This document shows positions 1 through 13,485 of a stretch of DNA of 64,000 bases, piece after piece. This stretch comes from Chrysomallon squamiferum. Its lineage: Eukaryota > Animalia > Mollusca. The DNA lies in contig CM022669.1 of assembly GCA_012295275.1 (NCBI GenBank), positions 19,468,001 to 19,532,000 on the forward strand, written 5' to 3'. Below the pieces are notes generated by a model. It did not search any database, was not told where the DNA came from, and saw nothing but the letters and a program-made list of their open reading frames with translations. The translations under genes and the position numbers were made by a program. Each line of letters opens with the position of its first letter. Position 1 is the first letter of the stretch.

Positions 1-2479
1 ACTTGTTTCATTGCCTCTGTAACAAGGCTCCATATCTTTATGCATTAATCATTCTATGAACATGTTTCAAATCAGTATAACATTGAATTTAAAAAACAAT
101 ATTCAGACATTTTTTTGTGGCAAGTTGTGACATTTGTGTATGTCATATTCCTTTTTATTTTTGATTAGAGAGTTGATACTGAATATACATTTGATAAAAC
201 TACAAAAATATAGTTTGAAATTTTACAGGAGGGGTAAATTAGAATATGAGCAACATGTTACAAGGAATCCTTAGAGCTAGATTGGGTTCTGGATTATTTT
301 AAATGTTTGATTATGTGTGATCCCACATTTTGTGGTTAGATAATAGTAGAAACTGCAGTCTATGTTAGGAGTTCTAAAGAACTCAATTTAATTAATAACT
401 TGGAGATTATCAGCTTATTTGATTTATGACAAATTGGCTTTCCCCATTTCATGTCACCACTTTGATAAAAATCTCACCATAAAGGGAGAAAGATTTTAGT
501 ATGTCATCAATACTTGTAATTTATCATTTAAGGATGTTTGTATAAATATTCATTTCACTATAAAGCAAACACTATAAGTGTTTTATCATTTACACATACC
601 AGAAAGAAATGTTAAATATGACATTATAAAAATGTTCTTTGCAAAAAAGATTTCAACAGTGTAGAATATTGGCTGTTACATTTAAATCATCATACACAAA
701 ATATTTACTTTCTTGGATTGTTCCCAACATAGACTGTAGAAATAGTGCTGCATGATTACATTCTTTTTACTTTTTTTGTTTTTGTACTAAATTTATTTGT
801 CTTGCTATAATAAACTATACAAAAGTGTGGAAAGTAATGTATACTATGAACATATCACAGAGACTGTCAGAAACCTTTAGTAGTAATTGAAATGTTAATT
901 GCAAGGATACTGAGGAACGGCTGTATATAGTTTTATAAGTGTCACTGCTTTGATGTTGTCTGTGTTTGTGTTCATGGTTTATTTTGCTTTCAGTTTTACG
1001 AGCCCAAAGCATGTTGGTGTTATTTATAACTTAAAATAATTACTTTACGTACTAGTTGTTTTGATCCCTTTATTATTTGTGAAATTATGCATTATTTTAT
1101 ACATAAATATATATTAAATTTCATACGTAGAATAGTTGGGAGAAATCAAATTTCTTTTTGATTTGTTAAATAAGGCTGAAAATATTTTTGTATATGAACA
1201 TATTATTATTATTCAAACATTTCTGAATTATGTTTTTATTAGATTTTAGAAATATTGTGGTACACAAACTTAAGATGTTTTTGTCAAATGTTACCATTAT
1301 ATAATTTAAATGTTGTAAAACTGCACAAGACTGATCTAATATAAATGATAAAGCTAAATTACATTTTTAAAAAGTTTTCTACATGGAATATCATAATAAG
1401 CTGACTTTTAATCCTGAACAGCATGATTTATTATTCAGTAACATTTATTTATCTTTGCAATATATACATTTATCAGTTTCAAGAACATGAAATATATGGT
1501 TTGGATAGTCTTTATTTTCTAAATACATGAAAGGAATTTAAAAAAATATTGAAAAACTGTTGAAAAAATAGAGCAATAATCTATCCAAACCATATATATA
1601 CCTTATTTTTAAGAATAATACTTGTTATCTATATATATGTTCAGCAGGTGAATTTCTCAAAAGTACTGGGACTTTAATTTTAAGAATCTGAGAAATGCAT
1701 TTCTGTTGAGTTATGACATTTAAGTTATTTAATTACTACTAATCTGTAACTACTGTTAATTTAAGGTTAATTTAGCTAATGTTATTGTTACAGTTTGTTA
1801 CTGATATAGCTTATAATTACTTTATTACTTTATGGCTATTTATGATGGTACTATATCTGATATATTGCTGTTTTCATAAATATACTTATAACTGTTATTT
1901 AATATATTTTTTGAGGTATTTATTATGTTGATTCATATTTTAATTTGGCTTAGTTTATTAAGTCATTATCTAAGATATTACTGTTCTAGTTATTTAAGAA
2001 TACTTATAGCATGATTTAATTTTTATTTTATTACAGCTATCCATTTAATAAGCAAGGATTTTTTTAACATTGTTAATTTATGAGATTGTTTTAAATCAAG
2101 TGCTTCAAACCATTGCTGGTCTTTTTGTGATGTTTACTCATTTCACATGCCAGTAAATTTAAATGGCTACATAAACTGCATTATCAGTTATTTATCTCTG
2201 ATTTTTGTTTGGTTAATGGAAAGATAACAAATTATGGCATGCCTGTTTTTGGTTTTTCTATTTTGCATGAATTGATTTTTTACTGTAAAAAGATACTGCT
2301 ATGTAGAATATAATTTAGTTTTTAAAATTTGATATAACTTTGAATATAATTCATTAGTCAATTTGAACCAATTTTTTTTTTTTTTTAAACAGGTATCTAC
2401 TTAAAATGTTCTTTCTTGTATACACCAGGCACTTTTTTTTTTTGCCTGCAAAATTAGTTCATTTTGGATTTTTTTCTAG

Positions 2480-5400
2480 GTGCTGGGGCTCTGCAACCTA
2501 ATGGTGTTCAGCAACCACCTCATTCACCCTCAGGTGGTCCAGTCCGTGCACCTATGCAGACTGGACACCCTGTAGGTCCACCTCCTGTTTCTTGCCCTGT
2601 ACTCCCAACAACTGGTCCTGTACCACCACCCATTTCAGGTCCAGCAGGCCATCCTCCTTTTGGATCTTCTGGTCCAGGTCCTGGTCCTTGGAATGATCCT
2701 CAGATGCGCCCTGCACAAGCCCCTCATCCCCAGGGACCACCACCACCAACCTCAGTTCCACAGGGTATCCCTGCCCCTCAGAATGTGAGACCACCTGGAA
2801 TTCCACCTGTTGGCGTTCCTCCTCCAGGTGTTCCTCCATCAGGCATTCCTCCTCCAGATGGCATACCACAGACATTTCCTACTCCAGGTGTGTATGGATC
2901 ACCACCACCACATCCTGTATCGGCACCACCACCTCAGTTGGTCCCAGTGTCAACACAGGCACACCCACCTTCATTAGCAGGACAGCCAGTCCCACTTAGT
3001 CAGCCCCCACCTATACTTTATTCTGCTCAAAGACCACCAACACAGGTGACATTGGAAGGTCACCTGCCCCCCCCCCACCTCCAAACACGGTCATAAGTCA
3101 ACCTGGCATGGCTGTGTATGCAGCTCCTCCACTCCAGCAAGTTGTCCATTCCCAACCCCAACCAGGAGGATATGGCTTTGGTGTAATGGTTGCTGCACCA
3201 AACCCTTCCCTAAGACAACCAGGGGCCCTACCAGAACAGCAAGCAGTAGATCACAGTGAGTGCCGCTGTGCTCGTCACCATGGAAACTAGTAGAAATAAG
3301 ACAGGTTTTGTTGCACTGTCAGGCATCCAGTTTGTCATGTGAACATTGTTACTGACAGATGCTTAATGATTAACCAACGTGTATAAAAATGATGTATTTT
3401 TTGAAGCAGATGGAGTAACAGCAGAAATAATTTGTTTGGTTTTTCATATTTAAATTAACATTTAAACCAGATGAACATCATTTGCTAACTGTTACATAAA
3501 AAAGCTGATATTTTTATACCAGTCAGACCAGCTGGATGCTTGCCTTTGATATAGCAGATGGCCTTCCATACACTAGAAAATGTGTATACATGTACCTTTT
3601 ATAGAACATAAAAGTAGTGTTGAATGTGTATGGAAGTTCATCTTTAATTGTATCTTTAGGTAACAAAATATATGGGCCAAAATGATATTCTTTTTACTTT
3701 TTATTTGCTTGTATTGTTTTATAATTATTATATATGGATAAATTGTATTCAGAAAAAAGTAAAGGATAACCTTTTTAAGATTAAGAAGCAAGCTTACAGG
3801 ATACCTGTGCTATTTCTTTTTAAAATTATAATTTTTTAATATACAAATATCCAAATAAAAAAAATATCCTGGCAGCTTGCCAATTGTTTTTAATTAGTAT
3901 TGTCTTTGGAACAATTAACATTAATTTATTGAAACTATCTTTTTTACCATTTTACTTGAGCAAAAAAAAAAATTGATTTGTAAATTTGTTTTAAAAACAT
4001 GGAAATTATTTAATATTTAAAACTTAGTTACATATTTTGTAACGGTTTTATTTGGAAGTATTTAGGTTTTTTTTAAAATTTGTTTTTCTTTTTGCTCAAG
4101 ATAATTTAATTACTATTAATTTAATTATTGACAGAATTATTATATCAGTTAAGGATTAAGTTGTATTATGGCTGTGTACTATAGTTACAGGTTACAGTCA
4201 AACTTTGATCATTTATTATAGATCAATTTTATTTACTAATGAATATAACATTATAAATGTTAATAGCTGTATTATACTTGATGTTTAAAGTTTGATAGAT
4301 TCAAAAATACTTACAAAATAAATTTTTGAAGTTTGGCTGGTTTGTTACAAATTAGTATTTACAAGAAGCAGAATTCATCCAACTGACTTCAGTAAAAACT
4401 GCAGAAATGAATTAGTCCATTCATAACCGTTAAAATAATGATACATTCTGTGGATAAGTTCTGCTTTTTTAGTACATGTGCTAGATGTGTAATGTGGATA
4501 CTTTCAGTGCAGTATTGTTTGTATACAAAGCAGTGATAATTAAATTTGTATAGAGTTTAGAGCAGTTATCAGATTATGTAACTTTAACAATATTCTTTTC
4601 CAGCTGTACCAGTAGAATCCAGATAAAATAATACAGAGAATGTTTTTTAAAATTATTTTTGTTAATTAATTGAAGGTCAAGGATATGGTGGGTCATATGG
4701 AGGACAGCAAGGAGCACCTGGAGCTGATCCTTATACAGCTCAGCAGCCCCCTACAGCTCAAGGTGGGTGTTACATAGTCTCATCATCACTATTGAAAATA
4801 GCATGCCCGGTTACTCTCTGTATGGCATACGATTAACATATTTAAAGGTTAAATACTAAGGCTCTAGAATGATGCAACAGAAGGCAGTATCCCATCAAAT
4901 ACAGTGATTATATATTGCAAAGCTGACTTGGTTTTCAGGTTTATGAAAACTATAGTTTCTTGATAATGTTTGTGTGGATGTTTATCTGTTGCCATCATGA
5001 CTGACGAAAAAGAGAAGAAAAAAAATTGGGATAGTATAGGTGTCAGTAACGTCAGATTGACTTGACGTCATTTATTGCTGCAGGTATGGGGCAGTACCAG
5101 CAGGACCCTAGTGGTTATGGTCCAAACCGATCATATGGACAGAACCCTGCTCAGGCAGGGTATGGCCAAGGAGGCCAGTATGGAGCTCCTGCAGGGGGCC
5201 AAGGTAAGCTGCCATAGGTAGTTCTGCAGACAATTTTGAGAATCGAAATTGCTTAGTGTTACTTTTTTTTTTTTTTTTTTTTTTTTTGCTCTTTTTTTAA
5301 ATCTTTTTTCTTTATCTCATTTTAAAAAAGCAAAAAAAAAAACAACTAATAAATAGTTGATTACAGAAAGTGTCATTGCTAACATTGTCATTTCATGACT

Positions 5401-5956
5401 TAGGAATTTATTTTAGAGTCATTGGTGATTTTACACACTGAATTGGCTTTAAGATGAATACAGGTTTTCAATCTAGCTACCTCTGAAATGACTGAAAGAT
5501 CTAGATGGGATTCACTACATGAATACGGTATCCAACAAATCCGTTTGAAATTTTATAAAATGCAGTTTAATCCATGATTCTGTATACAGGGTAACAATTA
5601 CTTGTGTTTTTTTTTTTGTTGTTTTTTCTCCTAGATGAAATAGCTGTCATAGAAAATGTATGATTTGCAGAGAAACGTCAACAAAGCTATGAAAATATTA
5701 CCCAGTCTCTTATTTAATGGGGTTGTTTTTTGTTTTTTTTTCAGCAGGTTATGGGGATCAGCCTGGTTATGGCACCGGAGTACCTGCAGTGGCTCCTGGT
5801 GCAGGTGCAGGTGCAGGTGCAGGTGCAGGAGGAGGAGCAGGGGGAGGCTACAGCAGCCCTGACGCCCAGCAGCCTGGTTATGGTGGGGGAGCAGGTTACG
5901 GTAGTGGACCACGACAAGGACAGGGTGCTCAGCCATATCACCCATACCGCAGATAG
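2480..5956 (+). CDS. DAZAP1: 3' part of an hnRNP/Musashi-family RNA-binding protein, DAZAP1/hrp48-like (RRM exons lie upstream of the window)
   Basis: Exons 2480-3255 (Pro-rich; 1-nt frameshift at C10 run 3067-3076), 4676-4762, 5084-5203 and 5745/5748-5956, all with GT-AG phase-1 junctions. The G/Y/Q/P low-complexity tail (YQQDPSGYGPNRSYG) ends GPRQGQGAQPYHPYRR*, matching the HPYRR PY-NLS-type terminus of DAZAP1. AATAAA at ~6701. No RRM is visible, so orthology is inferred from the tail only. Confidence 0.7.
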
Positions 5957-7681
5957 ACAGTATTGAACCAATCACCATCACATCTTGTAGAGCCTTAAAT
6001 AAATCTGACATACTGTTCACAGCATCTGTACAGAAGAACAAAATGAGCAGAAGAAAATTTTTAAATTTGTGTAGTCAAAATTATTTGGTGTCTGTGCAGT
6101 TTGGTGACTTGAGTTTTAAATGTTCGGAACATTCTAACCTGTTTTAAAAAAAAAAAAAAAAAAAAAAATTAAATTTTGCATCTCTGATGTTATCTTGAAG
6201 TGCTGAATGACAGATACAGATGGTGGGGGTTTTGGACTGAAAAAAAATGAACAAAAGTAAATTTTCTGTTTACTAGAATGGCTCTTCAGTGTATCATAAA
6301 ACATTTGAGATGAATTTCATTAAAGTACATAATACAGATTTTATCACATCATTCTTTTTTTCTCTCATAATTTTTTCATTTTTGCACATTTATAAGAATT
6401 TCATACCTGCCATATTATATTTTTTAATCAATATCCATTGATCCTCAGTTTTAACATTCCTCAGTTTCCATTTGATGCAGAGCACTTGCAACTGGCACAC
6501 ATTGCTAATGGTAATGTTTTGTGTCACTCATGAAAAAACAACAGCATAATGGCTTCTCCTTGCAAAACGAGTGTGTAATAATAATATATATTTTTTTTAA
6601 GTATGAAGGAGAGTATGGCAGGTATGTGCACTGTGGTGCTTAATTACATCTTTTCACAAATTGTATATATTAATCATTGTCATGTAAACATCTTTGTCTC
6701 AATAAAATGTTTTTAAAAATGTTAATATTTTCTAGTCATTTATTTTCCAGTTTGACTCTGAGGCACATTTGCTTTAATATTTAATCTTATTGCCATGAAT
6801 GCAGTGCTTCATTCTCATTTTAAAAAATAAATGTTTTCTTGTACAATCAGTTCTACTTAATCTTTATCGCAGGTATATGTACCACATAATGCAGCATACA
6901 AAATTTAATTTTGTTACCTTTAGTCTATAGAATAAACTTAATGTACTGGAATTTGACCTGAACATTTATTAAAAAAATGCTTAATTCTGTTTGACGTTTT
7001 GTGCTTGATGTGAAATGCTCAATATATTTCATTAATAACAAAAAATTATGATGCGTTTTTCAGTAAATTTCTGATACTACTGTCGATGATAAAGACCTGT
7101 GTGTCAAATTTATAGATGTTTTTAAAACTGCTGATGTAAATAGAATCAAACTGATAGACCTAATAAAAAGCTTTCAGACAGAAATGTAAAAACAAACGAA
7201 AGAAATGGGGCTATAATTTTATGTGCAGAAATTTAATTTTCATGAATTGGGTTATTTGAATATCACATCAAACAATATTAATTTTAGCATTATTAAGAGA
7301 AAATACTAGAACAAATGATTATAGACAAGCCTATTTTGTATTATTATTATTTTTTATATTTTTTTATTTATTTTATATTTTTAAAAAATATTTTTGTTTT
7401 AAATCTGTTGTTATAAATACAAATATACATGCATTTGAACTTAATTATGAATTACATTATTTTAATGAAGTTTATTTGTCAGTTACACTTATTAAAAAAT
7501 ACAACTAAAAACATTAAGGAAATTGAGGTTTATTGAATCACAGACTGAATGAGAATACTCCATACACTGAATCAATTCAAAACATACATCCATCTTCACA
7601 GTTTTGTCTAGTTCTCTCACTTCCAATTTGACTGCATAACAGCGAACTCAAAAAAGGTGGACGTTTGGTAACTACAGTACT

Positions 7682-7911
7682 TCAGAGTTTGCTCATATCC
7701 ATGGGTTTGAGTCGTTTCAGTTTGATTCCGTGTCTGGCACTTATGACGGCTGTAGTTCCGTTGCTGTGGGGATCGTCAACGAGTTGCATGAATGCATCAC
7801 ACACTGTATCAATCCTGAAATCGTAAATATTGTACAGAATGAATGAAATAAGAGGTAACCAAGTTAGAAAGAAAAATTATACATCATAAAAAGATCTCAG
7901 TAAATAAATAA

Positions 7912-7942
<31 letters not shown>

Positions 7943-8260
7943 TCAGGAAAAGGGGAAGAAGAAACGGAAACTGAAACAACCGTGATAGTTCTGTTAATAT
8001 GTAAATGTATACGTACTTGCTGATTCCCACCGTATTAATCAGAGCGCCAGAGAATTCTGGAAGAACAAAGTCGCTCCCACCTTCAGGTTTGATAATGTCC
8101 GTGTCGGTGAAAGCAGGACACATGACAGCAAATTTAATACCGTGATCTATATATGACTGACTTTGCTGAAATTTAATAATAATTTATTATTATTTATTTA
8201 TTTATTTATTTATAAAATTTTGGATAATCGACTTTTTAATAAAGATAACACCACAAAGAG

Positions 8261-8302
<42 letters not shown>

Positions 8303-8490
8303 CAACATCAAAACACACAAAATACAAAAAACAATCATATTAAAGAAAATATAAATAATACAAAATTGTAAAATAAAAATAAAATAAAAAACCCAACAAA
8401 AAACAACTAGATGCATAGTTTTTTATGTGTATCTCCCTATAGACGGCAGAATACATACAAATGACGGCAGATTTGGTTCTATTTTTTTAA

Positions 8491-8528
<38 letters not shown>

Positions 8529-8831
8529 CTTTTACCACTTTTTTTTTTTTTTGTCTTGCGATCTGTTCAAACATAATGTTTTCATACTTCATCAATATTA
8601 ATTATAGGTGCAATATAAACAAATTTATAATGAAATTATCGTTCCTTACAGCCCAGCTCAGTGTGAATCCAACGACGCCGAATTTTGATGCCGCGTATGA
8701 CGGAGAAATAAAAACTGGTGTGAGACCTGAAATGAAACGAGCACGTGATAGGATAAAACAAAAAATTCACGCAGGCAATGTGTCAGTAAACTTTGAAAAC
8801 TAATGAATAAGAAACAAATATTTAAAATAAA

Positions 8832-8865
<34 letters not shown>

Positions 8866-8937
8866 TCATGATGAAATAAGTATTATATTTTGTGTTACAG
8901 TACCACTACATTAAAATTATTTATTGACAATACGACA

Positions 8938-8973
<36 letters not shown>

Positions 8974-9557
8974 GGTGATGTTGGTGTGATAATGTTTTTC
9001 CGGTTGCTGGTGCATTGTTACGGTTATAATGTTCACACTGTTTTTGGCGGTACCTGCTGCGGACGCCATGTTGATTATTAGTCCACCATGCCCGCCCTTG
9101 TCTGTTCTCATTTCTTTAATAGCTAGTTGTGTTCCTTTAATTACACCTTTCTGAAATCAGTAGTTAAATTAAATTAAATTAATAAATAATAAAAATATTA
9201 AGGAATAAATAAATAATTATCGAAATAGAAATTAAAAAGAATTTTTTTTATTATAACTAAAGCACACTGATTTATATTCTTTCATCGTAAAACATTAATT
9301 TGCTTAGTTTGATGTGCTATATGTACTAGTCACGAGGCCAAGATGTAAAGGGAAATAATCCAATAAGTGTGCATTGGTCAGTTTTATCAGCTGAGTACTT
9401 TATCACCAGCCAGGTTCTGATATACATATGTATATACACACACACATATACTTACATAGAGACAGACATAGAGACATACATGGATTTATTTATGTAAACA
9501 GGATCGTGACGGCTAAAGGAGGAAAGATTGATTGCTTTATTTATTTATTTATTTATT

Positions 9558-9598
<41 letters not shown>

Positions 9599-10557
9599 TA
9601 TTTATTTATTTATATATTTATTTATTATTGGTTTTTATTTATTTATTTTGTTTAAATGTACCTACCAAATTGATATCGATCATCTTACTCCAGTTTGTCT
9701 CATGACATATTCCAGCGTTATTAACCACGATGTCTAGTCGTCCTGACTTATTTCTGACAGCTGCAAATAAATCTGTTAAAAAAGAATATTATTTATTTGT
9801 TTATTTATTTTACATACACGTTAGTATGCTTTATCTATTTCCATTTCAAATTTCGCCTACATAAAATGTATAAAAAAAAAAAAATATAAAAAAAAAATAA
9901 AAAAAAAATAAAAAAAATAAGGATATTTGGACATTGTAAAATTTAGGGGACTGTGAAATTAGGGGATTATGTTCCGTAACTGTTATGATCAGGGATAAGA
10001 TATGCGATCCTTTCGTCATTAGACACCTTAAAATAGTTTTTATTTTATTTTTATAAAAAAAATTAAATACTTAGATACTCATATAATTAGATACTGAAGT
10101 TTTGGAAACTGAGACACTATGTGAATTTCAGTAACCTTCCAAATCCTGTTCTACAGCGACATCACACTTAACAAATGTGGCTCGATCTTTGCCATATTTC
10201 TTGGCAAACTCCAACAGAGTTGTCTGCGCTTCTTTCTCTTTAATATCGGCAATAAAAACCTGAAAAGAAACACAGTGGAGTTTCATTTATACACTACTGT
10301 TATTTACTATATAATTAATTTAAAAATCAAAACAACACAACGAATAAAGTAATGCTGACCCTCGATGAAATATCTATTATATGAAAAAAACAAGTCTCCA
10401 TAAATAATTGACGTCTAAACAAATAAGTGTAGGTTTTGGCCTAACTTATTATTTATATACTGACCCGCACTCCGCGCTGCAATAGACGATCAGAAAACCC
10501 TTTTCCCAGCCCCTGTGCCGCCCCAGTTACTATAGCTACTTTACCGGTTAAATTCAT
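7682..10557 (-). CDS. HPGD: 15-hydroxyprostaglandin dehydrogenase-like NAD-dependent short-chain dehydrogenase/reductase
   Basis: Seven exons: 10557-10465, 10259-10136, 9772-9666, 9150-9054, 8726-8650, 8165-8017, 7814-7682, all GT-AG and in frame. Motifs: MNLTGKVAIVTGAAQGLG (TGxxxGxG), CDV, LDIVVNNAG, GGHGGLIINMASAAG, catalytic YAASK, CPAFTDT. The first five exon lengths (93/124/107/97/77 nt) match the vertebrate HPGD layout as I recall it. Ends ...PMDMSKL*. Confidence 0.88.
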
Positions 10558-10802
10558 TTCAAAACAGTTACATCTGTTAAATCCTATTAAAGTTTCTGTT
10601 TAGTAGCGATTATATCCTATATGCTGATGGCACAGGTCGGGTACGACAAAGTTTCGCTATTTTCGGAATAGTTCGTTACTTTCCGTAACGTACAATGCTT
10701 TGTCCCTGGTGACTAATAACATTCCACGATAAAGACTTTCCGCAGCTATATAAAAATTTGTATTCACGTTAGAAAATAATTATTAATTAATTTATTTGTT
10801 TG

Positions 10803-10804
<2 letters not shown>

Positions 10805-10869
<65 letters not shown>
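10805..10869. repeat. (GA)n microsatellite, representative of many simple repeats
   Basis: Pure GA run. Similar (GA/CT)n tracts lie at ~19307-19395, 19621-19701, 21342-21412, 27021-27095, 30956-31023, 36561-36654 and 43414-43489, and (ATT)n, (TA)n, (CA)n and (TATC)n tracts are abundant throughout the introns. Confidence 0.95.
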
Positions 10870-10871
<2 letters not shown>

Positions 10872-11403
10872 AAGTAACCTTTGAAAGAGCGGTTAAAATT
10901 ATACCACTTCATAAGACGTCTTTAACTAAAATATTCAGGAAAGGGGGACATCATTGTATGGAACATGAAACACATTGAAATAACAACAAACCCACTTAGG
11001 AACACCCCGCCCGCCTGATAATACTAATACGGTGTGAACGAACAGAAGGAAAACTGTTAAGCGATAGTGAATGTATAAAGTATTTCGTATCTCGACACAT
11101 TTTGAAATATTATCTGTCACCCCGTCAGGAAAATGGATTTTATATAATCGTGATATCTATTTAAAAAAAAATAAAGTTCGTTACAGACGACAATTAATAG
11201 CATTCTACTTGTAGTGATTGTTTTTTTAATATGCGTCATAATTAGGCCTTTAGGCCGTCATCAAAGAATTACTTAGAATACATAAATAAAAAAATAAAAA
11301 AAGGATAGAAATAAAGAAAAATTGAAGGTAACCAAAATAGAAGCTAAACATTATACATTGTAATTGTCATTCTCTGAATAAAGACCAAAATAATAATAAT
11401 AAT

Positions 11404-11440
<37 letters not shown>

Positions 11441-11926
11441 ACATAAAATAAAATAAAATAAAATAAAATAAAAATAAAAATAAATAAATATATAATAAAA
11501 ACAAAAATAAAAATAAAAATAAATAAAAGAAAATGAAACAGAATAAAATTAAGATGGTCTACAAATAAAAAGCAAAGAAAAAACCCAACCCTAAACACTC
11601 GCTAATGAAAACCTCTGATGTCGAATTGTATTTTGTATTTTTCAAATCGTACTTTAGGAACAGGGCTTTAGCAGTCACAGTTTCATATCGGCTACTTGTG
11701 TGAATCGGAAACATTTGTCTTGTCGAAAATGAAATCTCTCGACACACTGTAAGTAGAGCAAAATTAAAATATTACATTTAATATTTAACAGTTACTAAAG
11801 GTATTTTCCTTAGAAAATTAACTGTACAGTTTAATAATGACTACTAGTTTTTTGAGAAAATACTATAGTAATTGTTTATTACTTAAATGACTTACAAATC
11901 TAATATACACATACAGACGTTTAGGC

Positions 11927-11987
<61 letters not shown>

Positions 11988-12842
11988 CATACATACATAT
12001 ACACATATACATACACGTATGCACACACACAAACACACACACAGACCCACACACAACACACACACAAACACTCACACACACAAATAAATGCATAAACTGA
12101 AGTAGTTTAGTTTGACAAAACTGTTGACCATCTATGACAAAAAATAAAAAAAGCTTGCCACTAAGGATGGACCGATTTTTTTATTTTTATTTATTTTCCT
12201 ATTTTTATTTTTATTTAGTTAGTTATTATTAATTTTAATTTTAATTTTTTTTTTTAATTTTTAAATATTTGTATTTTTTACCATTTTTTTTTTAATTAAT
12301 TTTTAATTTATTTTCTTATTATTATTTTTTTTTTTTCATTTAATTATTATTACATTTCTGAACAGAAAAAACTTGAGATCATCCTGCACAAACAAAATGA
12401 ATAAAATCGGCCACATCCATCAGTCTGTAGTTTGAAAGTATACGAAATAGATTTAAGCCAAAATTAGGTTTGCATCTCCATAGATCTACGTCAGCCTTCA
12501 CTTTCGTTTATTTTTTTTTATATATATTTTTTTTCTTTCTTTCTGTTGTTCTTCTTAAGACAATTTAATAAACTCCGAAAGAGCGAGTGTTTAGTTAATT
12601 CCCAGAGTATATCACGTGAACTAAATTCTTTATTAATATTTACGTATTAGAACACAAAAATTAGGTAAATTATTTTTCTCTCTCTCTCTCTCTCTCTGTC
12701 TCTTGCATTAGGTGCAGCTAAATGCTGATTATTAACACAAAATACGCAATGACCTGACGTATAGGACATTATCAGGTACTGAATCTGCCTGCTCGCAAAT
12801 GTAACGTCTGCCGCTTTGACACAAACAATCCCATATGTCGAT

Positions 12843-13431
12843 ATGAAACTTGGCCAGAGATATTTTATTATAGTTGTGTACATGTTTCTGACGTGCATCA
12901 CACTGGTTTGTTTTTTTATGTGGCATTTCATGCCGGATGTTTTATTTAAAAATAAAAAAGACATTATAACGACGCACGTTGCCAAAACGGCAATAGAATT
13001 TAGAAAACACTCTGACTGGAAGACCGGAAATCCGTTGATAGACAATTATGGCAAAAATGATTTGTCACGTGATGGTGAGTATGGGAAAGGACTCCTCCCA
13101 CCCAACGAGACGAATGTGCTGGAGAAGGGACTCTTCGATCAGAACAGAATAAACGTCATGGCCAGCGACAGAATGCCTCTTAACCGAATGGTGCCGGATT
13201 CCCGATTTAAGAGGTATGAGTATCAATGAGGTTTATAATAGGTCACAGTTATGCATTTCTTTTGGGGTACAGTATATTAGGTCTCGCTCTCACACGCCCG
13301 TACACACACATAAATAAATAAATAAATAAATAGTAATAATAACAACAACAATAACAAATAGTACAATAAATAAATTCATTAATTAACTGATTGATTAATT
13401 AAATTAATTAAATAATTTTAAAAATAATAAT

Positions 13432-13485
<54 letters not shown>

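Noticed and set aside
1-2479. Upstream 2.5 kb examined for RRM exons of the DAZAP1-like gene
   Set aside because: No recognisable coding exon was found; it is treated as intron, although small or poison exons cannot be excluded by eye.
3061-3096. Programmed ribosomal frameshift at the C10 run
   Set aside because: There is no typical slippery heptamer or evident stimulatory structure; a homopolymer length error or allele is far more parsimonious.
2552-6041. Antisense and alternate-frame ORFs over the DAZAP1-like exons (e.g. CRCRCR, VQVQVQ, HLHLHL)
   Set aside because: They are by-products of Pro codon runs and the (GCAGGT)n Gly-Ala repeat in the real frame.
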